Of a stretch of DNA of 64,000 nt, positions 1-11,434 are shown in pieces (the stretch's first letter is position 1; each line of letters starts with the position of its first letter). The notes below the pieces were generated by a model. The model ran no database searches and was not told the origin of the DNA. It saw only the letters and a list, made by a program, of their open reading frames with translations. Location: positions 54,932,001 to 54,996,000 of the forward strand of contig CM060734.1 of assembly GCA_030704615.1 (NCBI GenBank), written 5' to 3'. The translations under genes and the position numbers were made by a program. Source of the stretch: Takakia lepidozioides. Taxonomy: Eukaryota > Plantae > Bryophyta.

Positions 1-81
1 AGTTCAAGGAGTTTGATCCCCAACCACCTCTTAGCGTACTTGTCATGTCCTGGGTTAATGCCTCCATATTTGTGTGGATCC

Positions 82-549
82 TATCACGGACATAGCCCCG
101 AGGAACTTATCAGGAGTAAATACTAGAAGTTACCAAGTTACCATGTTACCGGAAGTTACCATGATTTACCGTGATTTACCATGATCTACCATGATTAACC
201 ATTATTTACCATAGGGGAAGCTTCTTAGGGAAGCTTCTTAGTAGCCAGTATATATAGGAGGCGAGACTGGGCACTCTTCAGTCTCACCAACACCAGTTCA
301 AGCTACTCTTGTTTTCAGTTCCCAGTACCCTAGCCCAGTTTCCAGTATCTGGTACTCCAGTCCAGTTTCCAGCATTCCAGTATTCAAATCGTGTTCCAAT
401 ATATTGTACCCTTGTTCATTGTTATAAAGATCGCTTTGATTCCTATTTACTCATCGTGCATACAGCCATGCCGACCTTGACTTCTTGCCTAGTCTTGTAC
501 CTCTAGTATGATCTCTTGTTTGTGTTCAGTCATGTTCTCGTCCTTGACA
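82..549 (+). repeat. 5' LTR of copy A
   Basis: Homologous to 9555-10149 and to 12741-13374 (-); ends CTTGACA; start TATCAC (TG mutated to TA); TATA at 249-256; shorter U3 than the other LTRs. Confidence 0.93.
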
Positions 550-551
550 GT

Positions 552-562
552 TTGGCGAGACT
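552..562 (+). promoter_or_regulatory. Primer-binding site TTGGCGAGACT, self-priming type
   Basis: 2 nt after the LTR end; exact reverse complement of the LTR 11-mer AGTCTCGCCAA (9880-9890; one mismatch at 280-290). Confidence 0.85.
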
Positions 563-608
563 AAAGTTTGTTCCTTAGTTAGTTAAGATAGAAGACACAT
601 TTGCGGAA

Positions 609-1626
609 ATGGTCGCCACATTGCAGAGTCTTCAGCTCCAGATGCAAGAACTTCGTGCCTCTACTGCCCAACTACAAACTGATTTGTCTCAAGATCTTGG
701 CAACGCTCTAAACAATTTGTAACAACAAATTTCAGAGGTGAAGGAGTCGAACAATGGATCTTCAACCTTACGAGTCCCCACTACAACAAATCCTACTACA
801 ACGGTTCTTCCAAATCTTCAACAGATTACAAGGGCACCAAAGATCAGCATGCCCGAAAAATTTGATGGGACGAGATCAAGATTTCGCGGTTTTGTTCAAC
901 AAGTACGATTGTTCCTACGACTACATCCACAACACTACCCTGATGAAGGTATTCAAGTGGGATTTGTGGGCACCCTTCTATCCGGCACTGCCCTATCTTG
1001 GTTTGCACCGCTATTAGTGAAAATTCGCATTTACTATACAATTTTGAAGCGTTCATGTCCGAATTCACTGCAACGTTTGGAGAGAATGATAGAGAGAGAG
1101 TTACAGAGACCAAGATGCGAAATCTTCGACAAGGAGCACGTCCAGCTTCCGTTTATGCTGCCGAATTTCGACAACTTGCGTATGACCTCGACTGGAATGA
1201 GAAGAGTCTCATTAGTCAGTTTCGATGTGGCCTAAAAGATGATGTTAAAGATTTGTTGCTGACAATGTCAAATGTGAGTATACTGAGCGAATTCATCACC
1301 CAAGTCATTGCATGCGATAATTCGAAAGACGTCAAGAGAAGCGATCTGGATGGTCGACTACGCACCATGCCGCTGCTACTACGGCACCAAACACAACGAT
1401 CCATCAGACATCCGGTAATGATCCTATGCAGATTGATGCTGTCCGATTCAAGCCATTGATGCCACTAGAAAAACAAAGATGGCGCTCGAATGGATTATGC
1501 CTTTATTGCGGAGAAGATGATCACATAGCATTAAACTGCCCCAACAAGAGAAGATTCAAAGCTCGGGGAACAACTCAAGTATTTGATATGAGGAGGTCGG
1601 AAAACGAAGATGTCTAGTCACAGTAG
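609..1626 (+). pseudogene. gag: gag of copy A (PEG10/sushi-like capsid plus CCHC knuckle), disrupted
   Basis: ATGGTCGCC at 609; ORF pieces 738-1235, 998-1459 and 1426-1617. Confidence 0.88.
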
Positions 1627-4600
1627 GGACCATGCGGCTGGACACCCCAAATTCCTCACCAAAAAAAGGTCTATTTCTACCTCCAGACCATGTACCTTGT
1701 TTTACAGTTCCAGTAAAGATCAGGATGCAAAATCAAGATATCTCCATAGAATCACTTTAGGACTCGGGCGCTTCACCGGATTTTATTGACAAAGACTTTG
1801 CAAAGCAATACAATTTAACGCTCGTAAGAAAGAAATTCTCGGCCCCTGTTGAAGTCATCGATGGACGACCGTTAGCATCAGGAAATATTGACCATGAAAC
1901 TCAACCCCTTGAAGTGAAGCTTAAAAATCAAGCATCACATATTGTTTTCAATGTCATCCAGTCTCCAACAAATCCTGTGATCCTTGGACTTCCCTGGTTT
2001 GTACTTCATAATCCTGACATCGACTAGCGATCACGAAAAATTTCGGCAAGACAAAAATACAAAAGTACCAAATGTATTCAACCCCTGTTTCTTGGAGCTA
2101 GAGCCTTCATGAGAGCTAGGAAGAAAGACGTGACATTTGCACTTTATGCGACTCCGATCAAAACTACAACAGACCAAGATTTCAAGGATATCTTCGAGAA
2201 GAAAAATGCAAACATGTTGCCAGAACATCGACCTTATGATTATGCAATTGAGTTGCAAGAAGGAGCTCAAACACCATTCGGCCCAATCTACAATTTATCT
2301 CAGACAGAGCTGGCTGCTTTACGCGAATACATTGATGAAAATTTGTCAAAGAATTTCATTCGACATTCGAAATCACCCGCGGGAGCACCTATCTTATTTG
2401 TGAAGAAGAATGACGGATCGTTACGCATGTGTGTGGATTATCGTGGGCTCAACAATGTCACTATAAAAAATCGTTACCCATTACCGATGATTTCGGGACT
2501 CCTCGAACAACTTGGACGAGCAAATTTTTTCACAAAGATCGACTTGAGAGGAGCTTACAACCTTATACGAATAAAAGAAGAAGACGAATGGAAGACTGCT
2601 TTTCGCACAAGGTACGGACATTTCGAATATAGTGTTATGCCTTTCGGTCTTACAAATGCTCCAGCAATTTTTCAACATATGATGAATGACATCTTTCGAG
2701 AATTTTTAGATGACTTTGTAGTATCTATTTGGACGACATTTTGATATTTTCACATAATGCAAAAGAACATGGTCGCCATGTACGTCTTGTCCTTGATAAA
2801 TTGAGAGACAAAAGACCATATGCCAAGTTGGAAAAATATATTTTCCACCAATCTGAAGTCGAATTTTTGGGCTACATTATTTCCGACAAATGAGTCTTTA
2901 TGGATCAGAAGAAAATACAAACCATCATCGAGTGAATTAAACCAACTTCGATCCGATATGTACAATATTTTCTAGGATTTGCAAATTTCTAAAGAATCTT
3001 CATCAAAGACTACTCCAAAATTGTTGCACCATTGACACGACTCACAGGGAAGGACAAATTTGTATGGGACGAGAAGGCTAACCAAACATTTGAAAAGCTG
3101 AAGCATGCATTCACAACGGCTCTAATACTGGTACATGCAGACCCATCTAAACCATTTTTTTTTTGAAGCAGATGCATCGAACTTTGCACTTGGCGCGGTA
3201 CTCTCTTAATACGGTATAGATAGCCGACTTCCACCCTGTTGGTTTTCGTTCTCGCAAATTTTCCGCTGCGGAGATCAATTATGAAATCCATGACAAAGAA
3301 CTTCTAGCGATTATTGATGCTTTTGAGGAGTGACGCCATCTATTGGAAGGAGCTAAACATCATGTCATAATCTATATACCGATCACAAAAACCTCGAGTA
3401 TTTTATGAGTGCTCGTGTTTTGAATAGACGTCAAGCGAGATGGAGTGTGTCATTAGCAAGGTTTGATTTTGTTATTACTTACCGTCCCGGACATCTTCAA
3501 TAAAAACCATATGCTCTTTCTTGATGATCGTATCTTGCGCCAAAAGAAGGGGATGCAGCTTTTGACCAACAGAAATCCATCATTTTGAAACCAGCAAATC
3601 TCCAAGTGAATATGCTATCAATGTCCACCTATGACGATGTACAGATCATAAATGAGATCTAGGAAGCACTGAAGAGCGACCAATTTGCCACGACACTACG
3701 AAGTCAACTAAATCGACCTCGAAACAATCCACATGTTACAAATGACTTCGAATTCAAAGATGACTTATTTTATTTCAAGGGACTTCTCTATGTACCTCCA
3801 GGACCTATACGACTTCAAATTATTCAAACATGTCATGATATTCCAGTTGTAGGACATTTCGGCTTCAACAAAACCATAGAATTGATATCCATGGACTATT
3901 GGTGGCCATAGATGTGGAAACTCGTGACAGAATTTATAAAATCTTGCGACACGTGTGCTAGAGCGAAGAGACCACGACATCGACCTTACGGCCTTCTTCA
4001 ACCATTACCCATTCCCAATGGTCCAAGGTCGTCCGTGTCTATGGACTTTATTACGGACCTTCCAATTTCCAAGACCACCGATTCAATCCTTGTTATTGTA
4101 GATCGTTTTACGAAGATGACATATTTCATTCCATGTAATAAGACGGTTACCGGCGAGGAAACCGCAAGACTCTTCCTCAAATATATCTACCACATTCATG
4201 GACTCCCGAAGGACATCGTATTTGATCAAGGACCACAGTTCACATCAAATTTCTGGAGGGGATTATTTCACATATTGGATACTAAGATCAACTTCTCTAC
4301 AACTAATCATCCACAAACTGATGGTTAAACCGAACGTAGATTTTGGAACAGTATCTTCGCTGTACGATAAATTATCACCAAGATAATTAGACGGACCTTC
4401 TGTCATTGGTTGAGTTTGCCTACAACAACACTATACATTCTTCGACCAAACAAACTCCATTTTTCTCCAATTATAGTCATCATCCTCGAGCAAACCCTTT
4501 CCACATAAAGACTGTTGAAAACCCTGCTGCAGAAAACCTTGCTATTCATCTTGCTATGATTCACAAGGAGCTTATATTCCACCTCGCAGAAGCTCAAAAA

Positions 4601-5089
4601 TAATACAAAGACTATGCAGATCAACGTCGCCAACTCCAACCCCAATTCAAGGTCGGAGATCGTGTGTGGCTTCTTCGACGGGACATACAAACCTTGCGAC
4701 CATCAAGGAAGTTGTATTATCAACGCCTGGGACCATTCAAAATTATTCGACAAATAAATCCGGTCAGTTTTCGGCTTGAACTCCCACAAAGTATGCGCAT
4801 CCATCCAGTCTTTCATGTTTTATTATTGGAGTTGTATCATCCATCGAATATTCCAGGGAGAGTCTCCGTACCACCTCCACCAATCGAAGTCAATCAGGAA
4901 ATTGAGTATGAAGTCGACGAAGTCTTAGATTCTCGCATCAAGTATAAACGTCTTGAGTATTTCGTACATTGGAAAGGCTACGACATCAGTGAACGAACGT
5001 GGGAACCTTCATCCAACCTCGCCAATGCGTCTGACAAAGTCCAAGAGTTTCATCAACGATATCCAGCTAAGCCCCAAGTTGCATGTTAA
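1599..5089 (+). pseudogene. pol: pol of copy A (PR-RT-RH-IN-chromodomain), disrupted
   Basis: ORF pieces 2109-2744 (RT), 3912-4328 (IN), 4406-4603 and 4664-5089 (GPF plus chromodomain). Confidence 0.93.
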
Positions 5090-5612
5090 TAAGACGTTAT
5101 AATGATGATGTCAGCCAAGTTAGCTTCAAGGTGAAGACTTCACATTCAATGTAGTTGATACACGCTAAGGAGGGAGGAGCACCACACATCAGTATATATA
5201 GCTACACTTCCAGCACTCTTGCATTTTGTATTGACAGTATAGAGTCACAGGAACCAGATACATTGGAGTTGTCACTTACCCAGCTACCAGATCAGCCGTT
5301 CCGACTCTCACGACCTTCAACATCACGCCGACGCTCTCGAGACGATAGGCCACCAATGCAACGCGTACTTCCTTGTCTGGACCCCGTACGACAGCAAGTG
5401 GAGCCTACTTGAAGTTTGATAATTAATTCTGTTGGAGGTTGAGGTTTCGGACGCAGAGGGCAACGAAATCATGTTTGAAGGCAGCTTCGAGAATCAGAAT
5501 GCTCAAATCACTGCGTGGTCCCAGTTCACGGTGTTGGACACTATCGATGGTTATATGGACCTATAAATCATTTGAGTCAAGAACGAAGAGTCAAATACTT
5601 GGCAAGTACCAT

Positions 5613-6880
5613 CAGGGTTGCACACGTCAGTGACGTCACGTCACGTCGGACCTGACGCTGACGCGACCAACATCACGTCAGTTTTGCCGAAAAATCAGTA
5701 AAACATGAGTTAGGTGAAAAATATGTTATGTCATGGTTTTGTTTGTGATTAGTTAGAAATAGTTATTTCTAGCTAATTATGACATTATACATTTATATTT
5801 GTATTTTGTTGGCATTGGGACTTCATTTGGTTCCATGTGTCAAAGTGAGATGACGAACCTCATTTGGGACGTGAAGAGGTTATCTCCACGTGAGACGTAG
5901 GCAGACTCGTCTTCTTCTAGTCGAGCCTCCCGAGGCTTCTCTCGCTGCCATAACTCTAGTTCTTGAGATGGAAAGTGGGTGAGGTCTGTATGGTGGAGTC
6001 CTTTAGCAAATGTGCCATTGGCTTGACTTATATAACGTGATAGAGTGGTTTCTCCTCTTTTCACCATTTCCGTATCACTAGAAGAAGACCTGCTTACATC
6101 TATGAGTGTAAGGTGTTAGCATAGTTAGCACTTGTGTGTGGAAGAGAGCTTGGTAGATAGCTCTTAAGTTACAAGGTGTTGCAAGGTTTGCAAGAGGAAA
6201 GTCTTGTGGTGTTTATGTACAAGAGAAGGTCTTCAAGGAGAGCCCCATTGAAAAGTTTGAGAGCTTGTGAAGAAGCTCTTGTTGTGCAAGTGTTGCAAGA
6301 TTTGAGGAGTTCAAGAAGAGCTCGGGTGTTAAGGAAGCAAGCGGTGCATGTGTGGAGTATGGTTTCAGCTTGTGGGAGTCTTCAACTTCAAGCTTAGGAG
6401 AGCTATGAGTGGAGGTAGACATCTGATTTCTCTTTGGGGCAGAATAGTGTATTTGTAGAGCATGCTTTGAGTTGGAGTTTCAATCCCAAGCTTGGGAATA
6501 ACATGTCTATGGAAGTGGCAAGTGCAGGGCTGGATTATGAGCTCTAAGAGGAAGGAAGTACTATGAGTGCATGCAATGGCTAGAAGAGGGTATGCCATAG
6601 AAAGCTCAATAGCTTATTCTATGTTTATTTCAATAAGTTTAATAGAGAAAAAGAGCTTGTTGTGTGGCAAATAACTTGCTCAGGGGGTTAGAGGCACTCT
6701 TGGTGGTCTATTTGATGCTCAAGAAACCAAGAACAACACCTCTGGTTGCTCTATAGAAGCCATAGCTTGTTGCAGCAATCGTAGAGGCAAAGCGGCGCAA
6801 ACCCTAGCTTGGGAACGTGTGGGAACGCTTGGGAACTCCTGGGAACTCCTTGGGAACTCGTGGGAATAGATGGGAGCTAC
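5613..6880. mobile_element. Non-autonomous DNA transposon fragment, hAT-like end, one terminus only
   Basis: Homology to the retroelement stops abruptly at CAGGGTTGCACACG, followed by clustered (T)GACGTCA/ACGTC motifs; GGGAAC repeats at 6810-6876; no second TIR or TSD found. Confidence 0.5.
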
Positions 6881-7008
6881 ATGTCAATAAGACGTCACAA
6901 CGATGATGTTAGTCAAGTTAGCTTCAAGGTGAAGACTCCACATTCAATGTACCTGATACATGCTAATGAGGGAGGAGCACCACACATCAGTATATGTAGG
7001 TACACTTC

Positions 7009-9022
7009 TATTCGTCTCTTTCTTTTATTCGTACAAGGTTGTAAGCTCCTCTCAAGTCGATCTTTGTGAAAAAATTTGCTCGTCCAAGTTGTTCGAGGAG
7101 TCCGGAAATCAGCGGTAGTGGGTAACGATTTATTATAGTGACTTTGTTGAGCCCACGATAGTCCACACACATGCGTAACGATCCGTCCTTCTTCTTCACA
7201 AATAAAATAGGTGCTCCCGTGGGTGATTTCGAATGTTGAATGAAATTCTTTGACAAATTTTCATCAATGTATTCGCGTAAAGCAGCCAGCTCCGTCTGAG
7301 ATAAATTGTAGATCGGGCCGAATGGTGGTTGAGCTCTTTCTTGCAACTCAATTGCACAATCATAAGGTCGATGTTTTGACAACATGTCTGCATTTTTCTT
7401 CTCCAAGACATCCTTCAAATCTTGATATTGAGTGGGTAATGTCGAAGTACCTTGGTCTGTTGTGGTTTTGATCGGAGTCGCATAAAGTGCAAATGTCGCG
7501 TCTTTCTTTGTAGCTCTCATGAAGGCTCTAGCTCCAAGAAACAGGGGTTGAATACCATTGGTACTTTTGTATTTTTGTCTTGCCGAAATTTTTCGTGATC
7601 GCTAGTCGATGTCAGGATTATGAAGTACAAACCAGGGAAGTCTAAGGATCACATGAGTCCTTGGAGACTGGAGGACATTGAAAACAATCTGTGATGCTTG
7701 ATTTTTAAGCTTCACTTCAAGGGGTCGAGTTTCATGGTCAACATTTCCTAATGCTAACGGCCGTCCATCGATGACTTCAACAGGGGCCGAGAATTTCTTT
7801 CTTATGAGCGTTAAATTGTGTTGCTTCGCAAAGTCTTTGTCAATAAAACACGCTTAAGCGCCCGAGTCCAAAAGTGCTTCTACGGAGATATCTCGATTTT
7901 GCATCCTGATCTTTACTGGAACTGTGAAACAAGATACATGGTCTGGAGGTACAAAGAGACCTTTTTTTGGTGAGGAATTTGGGGTGTCCAGCCGCATGGT
8001 CCCTACTGTGACTGGACATCTTCGTTTTCCGACCTCCTCGTATCGAACACTTGAGTGGTGTCTCGAGCTTTGAATCTTCTCTTGTTGGGGCAGTTTAATG
8101 CCATGTTATCATTTTCTCCGCAATAAAGGCATAATCCATTTGAGCGTCGTCTTTGTTTTTCATGTGGCGTCAATGGCTTGAATCGGACAACATCAATCTG
8201 CATATGATCGTTACCGGATGTATGATGGATCGTTGTATTTGGTGCCGTAGTAGCAACGGCATGGTGCGTTGTCGACCATCCAGATCGCTTCTCTTGACGT
8301 CTTTCGAATTATCGCATGCAATGACTTGGGTGATGAATTTGCTCAGTGTACTCACGTTTGGCATTGTCAGCAACAAATCTTTAACATCATCTTTTAGGCC
8401 ACATCGAAACTGACTAATGAGACTCTTCTCATTCCAGTCAAGGTCACACGCAAGTTGTCGAAATTCGGCAGCATAAACGGAAGCTGGACGTGCTCCTTGT
8501 CGAAGATTTCGCATCTTTGTCTCTGCAACTCTCTCTCTATCATTCTCTCCAAACGTTGCAGTGAACTCGGACATGAATGTTTCAAAATTGTGTAGTAAAT
8601 GCGAATTTTTCTCTAATAGCGGTGTAAACCAAGATAGGGCAGTGCTTGATAGAAGGGTGCCCACGAATCTCACTTGAATACCTTCATCAGAATAGCGTTG
8701 TGGATGTAGTCGTAGGAACAATCGTACTTGTTGAACAAAACCGCGAAATCTGATCTCGTCCCATCAAATTTCTCGGGCATGCTGATATTTGGTTCCCTTG
8801 TAATTTATTGAAGATTTGGAGGAACCGTTGTAGTAGGATTTGTTGTAGTAGGGACTCATAAGGTTGAAGATCCATTGTTCGACTCCTTCAACTCTAAAAT
8901 TTGTTGTTGCAAATTGTTGAGAGCATTGCCAAGGTCTTGAGACTGATCAGGTTGTAGTTGGGCAGTAGGCACAAAGTTTTTATATCTAGAGCTGAAGACT
9001 CTGCAATGTGGCGACCATTTCC
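7009..9022 (-). pseudogene. Inverted gag-protease-partial RT segment
   Basis: Reverse-complement homolog of about 605-2590; ORFs 8170-8721, 8003-8203 and 7008-7520 (-). Confidence 0.93.
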
Positions 9023-9097
9023 GCTAAGAAGGGAGTAGCACCACACATTAGTATATATAGGTACACTTCCAGCACTCTTGCATCTTGTATTGGCAGT

Positions 9098-9499
9098 ATG
9101 GAGTCACAGGAACCAGATACATTGGAGTTGTCTTTTACCCAGCTACCAGATCAGCCGTTCCGACTCTCACGACTTTCAACATCACGCCGACATTCTCGAG
9201 ACGATGGGCCACCAATGCGACGTGTACTTCCTCGTCTGAACCCCGTACGACGGCAAGTGGATCCTACTCGAAGTCTGATAATTATGTTGGAGGTTGAGGC
9301 TTCGGACCCAGAGGGCAACGAAATCATGTTTGAAGGCAGCTTCGAAAATCAGAATGCTCAAATCACTGCATGGACCCAAGTTCAAGGTGTTGGACACTAT
9401 CGATGGTTGCACGGACCTATAAATCATTTGAGTCAAGAACGAAGAGCCGAATTTTTGGCAAGTACCATTCGCCGGATTTTGGATTTTCTCCAACTCTAA
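9098..9499 (+). CDS. Extra 133-aa ORF between pol and the 3' LTR, function unknown
   Basis: ATG 9098 to stop 9499 is open; preceded by AGTATATATAGG; degraded homolog at 5239-5612. Confidence 0.55.
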   Translation: MESQEPDTLELSFTQLPDQPFRLSRLSTSRRHSRDDGPPMRRVLPRLNPVRRQVDPTRSLIIMLEVEASDPEGNEIMFEGSFENQNAQITAWTQVQGVGHYRWLHGPINHLSQERRAEFLASTIRRILDFLQL

Positions 9500-9554
9500 G
9501 CAAGTCCAAGATTTTACCGCTCCTCGAGGAACTCGGCACTAGAGGAGGGGGTGA

Positions 9555-10149
9555 TGTCACGGACATAGCCCATAAGAACTTACCAGAAGTAAATACCAGA
9601 AGTTACCAAGTTACCATGTTACCATGACTTACCGAGATTTATCATGATCTACCACGATTTACCATTACTTACCAAGTTACCGGGCGTTTACCAAATTACC
9701 AAGAGTAACTTGGGAAACTACTTAGGAAGCTTCCTTTGGAGGAAACTTCTCCATCAAGATACCTCCCTTGTTTAAGGAAGCTTCTCCATCAAGAAACCTT
9801 TGTTTAATCTTGGAAACTTCTCCAGCAAGAAACCTTCTTAGTAGCCAGTATATATAGGAGGCGAGACTGGACACTCTTCAGTCTCGCCAACACCAGTTCA
9901 AGCTACTCTTGTTTCCAGTTCCCAGTACTCTAGCCCAGTTTCCAGTATCTGGTACTCCAGTCCAGTTTCCAGCATTTCAATATTCAAGTCGTGTTCCCAT
10001 ATCTTGTACTCTTGTTCATTGTTATAAAGATTGTCTTGATTCATATTTACTCATCGTGCATTCGGCCACGCCGACCTTGACTTCTTGTCTAGCCTTGTAC
10101 CTCTAGCCTTATCTCTTGTTTGTGTTCAGTCATGTTCTCGTCCTTGACA
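9555..10149 (+). repeat. 3' LTR of copy B
   Basis: TGTCAC...TTGACA termini, preceded by PPT; TTACC-rich U3; TATA at 9849-9856. Confidence 0.95.
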
Positions 10150-11434
10150 TGTGAGAGGAAGAAGACGTACGCACGTGGAAAAGTGCCGATGGAAACCACC
10201 GGACGGGTCTTGTTCCGCGGTGGTGCATGGAAAGGGGTTTGAGTGGATGAGACCCGTGGTCAAACCCATTTTTGGATGACGTCATGGAACGAGAACGGGT
10301 TTACATTGAAAGTAACTCTTAGGGCCTCGTGGGATGCCAGAATCGGCAGACCGCGGCCCGCTCTCTAGTACATAACAGAGCTTTTCAGCGATGTTCATCC
10401 ATGTTTTATAAAAAGTCGTCAATCCAAATTGTCAAAAGAAATTCATGCCATATGGATGGCTGGCTACTAGTTTACTCAGACGTATCAGGAGCTGACACGT
10501 AGACAAATGACGGCAAAAGCTCAGTTAGGAAGAGCATGCGAAGGCAAGGTTGTATAGAGACTAAATTTGGGAGCTGAATGGGAACCCATAGGAACTGCAT
10601 TGGAGTGGCGTGCGCGAGGGTAAGTGAGTTATATGTTTGAGTTATATGTTTTCAACATACATGAGTTCTATGTTTTCCAAATAGAATTAAACCATTGGCG
10701 GATATAGAGAAACGGTGCATTTACAGGGTTTTTGTGCCTTTCTGTCCCTAAACCCAAGACCCTAATGCGGAATAGGCACCCATAATGTATATCTACAAGC
10801 TCCAAGTTTCAAATATCTACAGTTTTGGTATCCTACAAAAAAAGAGCACATTAGGAAAAAACAAAGTCACAATAACCAACACCATCCAAAATACACAAAT
10901 ACCAAACAATAGTTAAACATTTTAATATAATGAGGCAAACAACTGGTTCCGTAAACGAAATAAATCAAGGTATCGAGTTTCGCTGGCGAAATAACAAATT
11001 TTGCTAGCAAAATATTGGATTTCGTCTGCGAAATTTCCCGGTATCGCTGCGTAGGTCATTATCTTATGGTTTTGTGGGCGAAACAAAATATGTTGTGTTT
11101 GGTTTTACATATAAAAGACAACATGAGATTGTTTTATTTCACTAATGAATTGTTATGTGCTTGTGCGTACAGAAAAATGAACAACGGAAATAGGGTTCCC
11201 GTCCATATTCATGACTCATTTTGTGCCTATTTCTCCCGTGTCTACTTCTCTTCGTGTGGTTTGTGCTCACGTAAGCACAAGTCTGCTCGTGAGCAGAAAT
11301 TGCATATTTTAGTTTTGCTATCGCATCTTTTCAAGAATATTCTAGGAATTTTTGGTATATCCTCTTCTGCTCACGTGAGCCTGCTCACATGCTATCCAAC
11401 CTCTAAATATGTTTGTATTTTTCCAATTTTTATC

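Larger units (their letters stand above)
82..5612 (+). mobile_element. Ty3/gypsy chromovirus LTR retrotransposon copy A (Tcn1/Tf1-sushi-like), decayed, 3' end interrupted
   Basis: 5' LTR, PBS, gag (PEKFDG, CLYCGEDDHIALNC zinc knuckle), protease LLDSGA, RT ([21 protein letters not shown], frameshifted YLDD), RNase H, integrase (SMDFITDLP, GPF module), chromodomain (EYEVDEVLDSR...YFVHWKGY...TWEP); many stops and frameshifts. Confidence 0.95.
6881..10149 (+). mobile_element. Chromovirus copy B: 3' region, PPT and 3' LTR, with an inverted gag-PR-RT insertion
   Basis: 6881-7008 and 9023-9468 match 5083-5612; PPT AGAGGAGGGGGTGA at 9541-9554; LTR 9555-10149. Confidence 0.9.

Noticed and set aside
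309-506. Short ORFs in the LTRs (also 9909-10106 and 12810-13016)
   Set aside because: Non-ATG starts in CCAGT-repetitive U5 sequence; similarity is explained by LTR identity
1621-1630. gag stop-codon readthrough (CAG TAG GGA)
   Set aside because: The frame after TAG closes before the protease; the -1 frame is the one continuous with pol
77-10154. 82-10149 as one intact LTR element with a TSD
   Set aside because: Flanks GATCC and TGTGA do not match, the LTRs differ in length, and the 3' internal region is present twice; it is a composite
10150-11434. Short palindromes (TTTCG..CGAAA, TGCTCACGTGAGC) suggesting TE remnants
   Set aside because: No termini, TSD or coding signal to support a call
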